This document shows positions 14,505 through 64,000 of a stretch of DNA of 64,000 nt, piece by piece. Below the pieces are notes generated by a model. The model was not told the origin of the DNA and searched no databases. It worked only from the letters and a program-made list of their open reading frames with translations. This DNA is from Octopus bimaculoides (Eukaryota). Each line of letters opens with the position of its first letter. Positions within the stretch are counted from its first letter, which is position 1. Made by a program: the position numbers and the translations under genes. The stretch is taken from the NCBI RefSeq assembly GCF_001194135.2, contig NC_068991.1, positions 470,582-534,581 on the forward strand. The letters run 5' to 3'.

Positions 14505-14665
14505 ATACAATGGGCTTCTTTCAGTTTCCGTCTAACAAATCCACTCAAAGCTTTGGTTGGCCTGAAGACATAGTAGAAGACATTTGCTCAAGGTTCCACA
14601 CAGTGGGACTGAACCTGGAACTACATGATTGGGAAGCAAGCTTCTTACCACACAGCTATGTCTCC
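14505..14665 (-). mobile_element. tRNA-derived SINE, family A
   Basis: gggcttctttcagtttccgtcta...cttcttaccacacagc. Confidence 0.75.
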
Positions 14666-14826
14666 TCTTTCTCTATATCTAATCTGCTAAGTTGGTTTCC
14701 TGAAGTCATTTTCTGTACTTTGTCGAATTTGTATAAATTGTCGTCTCAGATATAATTTTGCTCCATTTGTTTGAGTTTACTCCATAAAAGTAATTTCTCT
14801 CTCATTTTTTTTTTTTTTTTTTGCAG

Positions 14827-57467
<42,641 letters not shown>

Positions 57468-57937
57468 GTGACCATCACCTACAACATGACCCCCCACCCC
57501 CCTAACTATGTGTCCTCAATACCAAAGCTCTGGCCAAGCTTCACCTTTTGTCTGGGGGTGGAGCTGGAGGGTACAACTACAACTCATGCTTCTCTCTCTC
57601 TCTCTCTCTCTCTGCTTCTTTCTTCCCTCTTCACCTCCATTTTCCTTCTCCTCCTGTACAGTTGAGGTTTAGCAGGAGGGCAGGGGAAGGACTGATGTTC
57701 TGCTATTGCAGTGGTTCATCAACACTTAAAATCCTTCAAAAAACAACAACTACATGGTCTTGCACCATCTCTCCCCCACTCCCCCCTCTTCCCTTACTAT
57801 CATTACCATTAACATCATCATCATCGTCATCATCACCATCATCCCTGCTTTATGGTTATTAATTGTCCTCTTTGCTTCTCTCTTCCTCTCTACCAGTCAG
57901 TCTCAAAATCTTTATCAGAATCTCCCTCTCATATATA

Positions 57938-57975
<38 letters not shown>

Positions 57976-57985
<10 letters not shown>
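57976..57985 (+). terminator. Possible polyadenylation signals (overlapping AATAAA) about 510 nt after the NCKAP1 stop
   Basis: aataaataaa at the end of an (AT)n tract; could be incidental. Confidence 0.3.
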
Positions 57986-57986
<1 letters not shown>

Positions 57987-60900
57987 TGTGAAATATATTT
58001 AAACTATATTCTTTTTCTGGCAATTCACATCTTTTGTGGACCAGAAGCAAGAACTGACAAACAGTGGAATGAAACTTAAGTCCCAAGAAAAAGCATCCAG
58101 TTTAAATAAGCACTATACTCTCCACCATGTATTGAGTACTTTGTTCCAACATTGACAAACTGTAATATTGAATGTGCATTGAAAGTAGTATTACAAACAG
58201 ATAAAGAGTACTTAATGCATATCCTGGTGTGTCTGTGTGTGTGAATATATATATACATCCATGTATGTATGTATATATAATATATATGCATACACACATA
58301 CATGTACACACACACACACACACACAATCTTTTTATTTCTTTCCATGTCTGAATGTAATGGAGAGATCTGACACCCTCCTCCCTCTCTAAGTTGGAATTG
58401 ATTCCCCCCACCCCCTCCATTTTCTATCACTATTGGCAAATATTGTTATTATTATTATTAATTACTTGAAATAATTTTCATCTCAAATTAAAATTATTAT
58501 AATTAATATTTTATATTTTGTATCATTCTCACCAAGTTATAGCTTTTTTCCTTTCTCTGTCTTTTCTTAGATATCTACTTTGGTAAAATATTATTATTAT
58601 TATTATTTTGACTGTTTTGTCCTCCTCCTTTCTCTTCTGCTCTCAATTTCTGGCCTTGTGCTTATGTTAGAAATCATTATTATTATTATTATTATTGCTA
58701 ATGTTATGACGATGAGAGCATGGTTGGCAGTACCATTAGACTGGATTAATTGCAGGATTTGGTTACATTGACACTCTGGGTTCAACTCCTGCTACAGCTG
58801 AGTTTGCCTTTTTGTCCTCCTGAGATCAATAAAATAAAGTACCAGTATTATACTGGAGGCTAGATTCACTCAACCCCACATCCTCTCCTTACAATTTCTG
58901 GTCTTGATGCCTACCTAAGAAATCCTTATCTACCCTGAGGCAAATAAACTATTATTATTATTATTATTAAGGTGGCAGGCTGGCAGAATCGTTAGAGCAT
59001 CAGAACAAATGCTTTGCAACATTTGTTCTGCTTCTTTACGTTCTGTGTTCAAATCTCACCAAAGTCAGCTTTGCTTTTCATCCCTCCTGGTGCAATGAAA
59101 TAAAGTACAAGTCAAGTACTGAGGTGATATCAATTAATCCTCTCCCACTCAAAATTGCTGCCCTTGGGCTTAAATTAGATACCATTATTATTATTATTAT
59201 TATTATGATCTACATCTGAACAGAAACTGTATAAAGTGTCTAGTGTTTGTGTGTGTTTTTCATGAAAGTACAACTGCTGTGAGTAAACACACACGCTGCC
59301 GCTGGTGTGTGTATATATATATATATATATATAAAACTTTGACCATGTAAAATATGTGTGTGTATGTCTATCTAACCAACTCTACTTTTACACAAAGATA
59401 CATAATATTGATTTCTTACTTTCAACAAGTAGAAAACTCATAATAATAATAATAACAATAATAATAATGCTGAGAAGATGAAATAAAATTAATTTAAAGT
59501 TTAAAATTAATAATTTTTTCTTGACATCCTTGTTTTTAATTAATTTTTGTTCCGTTTCGCACCTTTTTTGTTTGTTTAAAGTTTTTCTTTANNNNNNNNN
59601 NNNNNNNNNNNNNNNNNNNNNNNNNNNNNNNNNNNNNNNNNNNNNNNNNNNNNNNNNNNNNNNNNNNNNNNNNNNNNNNNNNNNNNNNNNNNNNNNNNNN
59701 NNNNNNNNNNNNNNNNNNNNNNNNNNNNNNNNNNNNNNNNNNNNNNNNNNNNNNNNNNNNNNNNNNNNNNNNNNNNNNNNNNNNNNNNNNNNNNNNNNNN
59801 NNNNNNNNNNNNNNNNNNNNNNNNNNNNNNNNNNNNNNNNNNNNNNNNNNNNNNNNNNNNNNNNNNNNNNNNNNNNNNNNNNNNNNNNNNNNNNNNNNNN
59901 NNNNNNNNNNNNNNNNNNNCTTTCAGAATTAATTAAAGGTAACACGAGGTGCTTACATTAATTTCCATCTGGCTCACACATTGAACTGAAAACGTAAAGT
60001 AGTTGGCCGGTTCGAATGAAACTGAACTCTTTCACCTGGTGTGTCCTTGGGTGATTTTGAAACCTTCAGTTACATGAACTGATTGTGCTCTATACACACA
60101 CACACACACACACACGTTCTGAGTTCAAATTCCGCCAAGGTCGACTTTGCCTTTCATCCTTTCAGGGTCGATTAAATAAGTACCAGTGCGTAACTGGGGT
60201 CGACTTAATCCGTTTGTCTGTTCCCTGTATGTGTAGCCCCTTGTGGGCAATAAAAAAAAAATACATAAATTGGCAGAGTGATAGTATAGACAGATAGTTA
60301 TGCTGAGATATTGACACAGAGATAGAAATAGATAACCTGACAGACATTGCTGTGGTGCTAGAGTTAATATCTGCTACTGATGAAACTCAAAGGAACAGAT
60401 ACATAGTTAGCATTGCCATTGCTGCATAGTTTTCATCTGATGCATTTCTGTGTTTTTTAACACTATACATCTATACGAGATGCTTTCTAGAAATGAATAT
60501 CACAGTTTAGCAAGCTTTCAACATTATATCTACTTTAAATATTATACATAGACTGCTATTTTGAACCATATTGTTTCTGTTGCCTCAGCCTGCTAGCTAA
60601 ATGCAACACCAGTGACTTTTCAATCACTGTTTATCAGTCTGTGACCAATGCTTAGCATGTGGACACTTGCTGCTGACAAAGTTCAAAGAAGTAGAAATAC
60701 ATAATCATTAACTCACCCCCTCCACCACCACCACAGCTGCCGGACTATTTTTGTCCGTTGTTGATATATCTGTGTTTTTTTAATACTGCACATGTCAAAG
60801 AGAAGTTTTCTGAAAGACAACTACCATAAGTTTAGCAGGGTTTTTAATGATGGTACAGAAGCATCCATGATCCTTCACAAGCACCCCCCTCTCACCACTT

Positions 60901-61134
60901 TACTCTCTTCACTAAAAGACAACTATCCTCACAATTACATCCATTAATTCCTTTAAAATGTTGCTATTTTGGATCTTTGATCAAAGGTTTTCCAGTTGAA
61001 ATATGGGAGGGGGGGAGCACAGTGCTAATAAAATGTCAAGGTTTTTGGTACAAAATGTTTACAATAAACAAACAAAAATATATCTTTAAACCAGAACAAA
61101 ATATATCTTTAAAATGAATGAGTCTCTATGCAGT

Positions 61135-61290
61135 CGATCAGATTGCTAGAAACAAGAGCCAAATCTCAACTGTAGTAAAAAGATGGAAGGACACATTAGA
61201 TAATAGTTTGACAGATAGATGTATGGAATGGCCATGGTCAGAACAGTTCTGGTGGATCAAGATTAACCTGGGGTTAAACAACAACAACAT
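61135..61290 (+). mobile_element. SINE-like repeat with (AAC)n tail
   Basis: gctagaaa...gccaaatct...ggacacatt.gataat...ctgacctggggctaaacaacaac; other copies about 6340-6530, 23100-23260, 35100-35230, 61550-61700, 44100-44285(-). Confidence 0.6.
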
Positions 61291-64000
61291 TTGAAATTTT
61301 AAAATAATAAAAACAGTTTTCAAAGAAATCTGTAAAATATTTTCTTTTTATTTCTGGAATGTTGGAGTGGAAGAGAAAAAAATAGCAAAAGTAGAAAATA
61401 CAAAAAATAGAAAAGAAAAATACGAAAATATTTTGAAATAAAATCAAATTAAAAAAAAAAATCTCACAAACACCCCCCCCCCCTTGCTTCATTGAAGTGG
61501 GAGTTTGTGTTACCAGCTAACATAGATAAAAGATGAACCAACAGAGTTTTTATGGGCTTAACTGATCTGCTAAAAATAATAGTCAAATCTTCCTCAAAAT
61601 TCAATCATTTTGAAAAAGGAAAGGCACATAAGATAATGTAGTCCTAGATACACAATGTCGAAAAGGACAGAATGGCTGGAACATATTTGATCATAGGACT
61701 TTGGTCTATAACGCTAAAACCCTTTTTGTTTGTTACATTTAGACTGTAAGTATGGTACTTAATCACATCTTTTTGTCCTCTATTGTGTGAGGAGGGGTGT
61801 AAAAATGACCGATCAGGCTCCTAATACATACAAGAAACATCAAAAAGAGACAAACTCTGGTTGACATTTCTTTAATTCCATCAACTCTACCAATTAGTGT
61901 GTGTGTGTGTGTAATTCTGAATTTATTCCTGTTGAAACAAAAACAGAAACAATTATTTTAAAGTTCAAATGTTCCAACAGACAATATAAAATTATCCAAA
62001 CCTGAAATCAATGGGTTTAATGAACTAAAACACTAATTATCTTCTTTTAATTACACTACAGTAAAATCCTTAATATTCTATTTCACTATGGGTCAGTTCT
62101 TCCAGCTAGTGATCTTCAGTGGATCCACAACTAACCAAAGATATACAGTAGACTGGTCCAGTCAGAAATGGAGGACAAAGCACTCTGATATCAAATTATT
62201 ATTATTCTTCTTATTCATTGTTATTATTGTTAAAAGTGAATACAACTTCATGTGTGTATTTTTAATGTCTACAATGTTTACTAGGATGAAACTGGTGAAT
62301 GTGTGTATATGTGTGTATATATGGATATTACAAAGGTCAACACAAGATGAACAAAGTTTGGCAAATTAAGTTTTAGCATTTCAGATATTTGTTGTTCATC
62401 ACAAGAGAGAGAGAGAGAGAGAGAGAGGGAGGAAATTATACCTTTTTGTGTGTGTGTATATATATGCTTGCTCCCAAAGCCAGTGGGGTGACATCATTCA
62501 AAATCTAAAGTGATATGAAGTGCATTGTAACCAGTGGTGTATAGCAACATCCAATTGTCTGGTCAATACCATGATATATATATATATACATAAATGAACA
62601 CATATACAAAGAGAGAGAGAGAGAGAGAATGAGACAGATAGACAAGACATTATCATCATGGCCTGAAACAAAAAAAAAAAGCTTCTCAAAGAGATATTTG
62701 TGTTGTATACACTGGCTACAATGGATGGGAAGGTTTTCAGTCCAAAACATGATTTAAGTTGCCACTTGCTAAACAAGTATAAATCAATAAATGGATTGGT
62801 GACCATCTGTGATCAGAAGCAGTAAGTTTTTGCATTTGTGATTGTCCAAATAGTTTTAACAAGCATCACGGTTGCAAGTGAAGAAAGTTCAGCTGCTGCT
62901 TATTATGTGCAAACATCCACATTTAATTACATCTAATGTGGGTTTTTTTTCTTTTTGTTGACCAATGGATTAACAAATTAATGAGGCGCATTAATAAATG
63001 TCCATATATATATATATATATTATATATATATATGTATATATGAAAGAGAGATGGTAAGAAAGTGTAGAGAGAGAGAGCAGAACATTTTAAGATGGTCTT
63101 CTTCAGAGAAGAAGCCCCATTTCAGGGCAAATGTTTCAGCCCTTAACTACTACCTCTAAGGTAGAATTAATACAATTTAATTGTAAACATTTACAGCAAT
63201 AAGTGGAATGTCCAGTGGTCACAACTTGGTGAGGAATCTTCAGAATTATCAGGATGAAGATTCCTGAATGAGCAGAAACCAAAGTTCACTGTTTGATTAT
63301 AAATATATATATATACACACATTGTGCGTGTGTGTGTGTGTTTGTATACAGTAAAAGTGAGGATGAAGAGAGTTGCCCACAGATCCCCCCCCCCCCATCC
63401 TCCCACAAGAAAGTGATTTCCAACAAAAAGATAAAATTTGATTGTTTTCAATGAGGAAAAGCAGTTGATTAAATTAATTGTTGATAATTGGCAAGGCATT
63501 GTCAGGTGATGTATCTGTGTGTGTGTGTGTGCACATCTCTTGGTACATCTTTCTAGTGTGGGCTGCAGTTACAGCTAATCTTTCTCTATTTCTCTGTCAA
63601 TGACATCCTGCATAACTGCATCAATGCCACCAGCCTTTAGCCATATATTGCAAATATTAAAACTGATTTAGAAATGAATGGTGAGACATATACAGTTTAT
63701 GTACCTTTAACTGTGTGTATATACATATATATGTGTGTGTGTGTGTGTACTAATTTTCTGGGTGCACAAGTACTGCATGCATGGACATAACCATGTCTAT
63801 GCAAGTGTATGATTGTATGAAAATATGCATATTTACAAGTTAGGTGCATTTCTATGTTTCCATTTATGTGAATACATCTATTTGATGATCCTCTCTCTAT
63901 ACATGTGTGTATGTACATGTGAACACCATGTAGCTTTTCTTGGATTAGTTTTCCAGGTTGAGAAAAAACAGTTTTGAATCTTTTGCCTTCAGATCTTTTC

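Noticed and set aside
60376-60441. ctgatga...ctga box C/D-like motif pair
   Set aside because: Imperfect C box, no identifiable rRNA-complementary guide, and no demonstrated host intron.

Overview
AT-rich, microsatellite-dense eukaryotic DNA with assembly gaps. The SINE/LINE content suggests an octopod cephalopod (Octopus); this is inferred, not proven. The window is dominated by one + strand gene, NCKAP1 (Nap1/Hem/Kette, scaffold of the WAVE regulatory complex). I traced 32 GT-AG coding exons by hand from 14827 to the stop at 57467 (3291 nt, 1096 aa, all phases consistent). The expected first coding exon (~36 aa) was not found. Introns carry RTE LINE fragments, an R4/Dong-type LINE end, DD37D (maT)-type Tc1/mariner relics, MITEs, tRNA-derived SINEs and a 53-bp tandem repeat. 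The most interesting unexplained signal is a set of frame-preserving candidate microexons in the two largest downstream introns (18 nt at 37933-37950, 21 nt at 45576-45596, weaker 12 nt and 39 nt candidates), possibly an unannotated alternative microexon programme on the WAVE scaffold. Comparisons with human NCKAP1 are from memory and need an alignment. Exon numbers assume a single missing exon 1.
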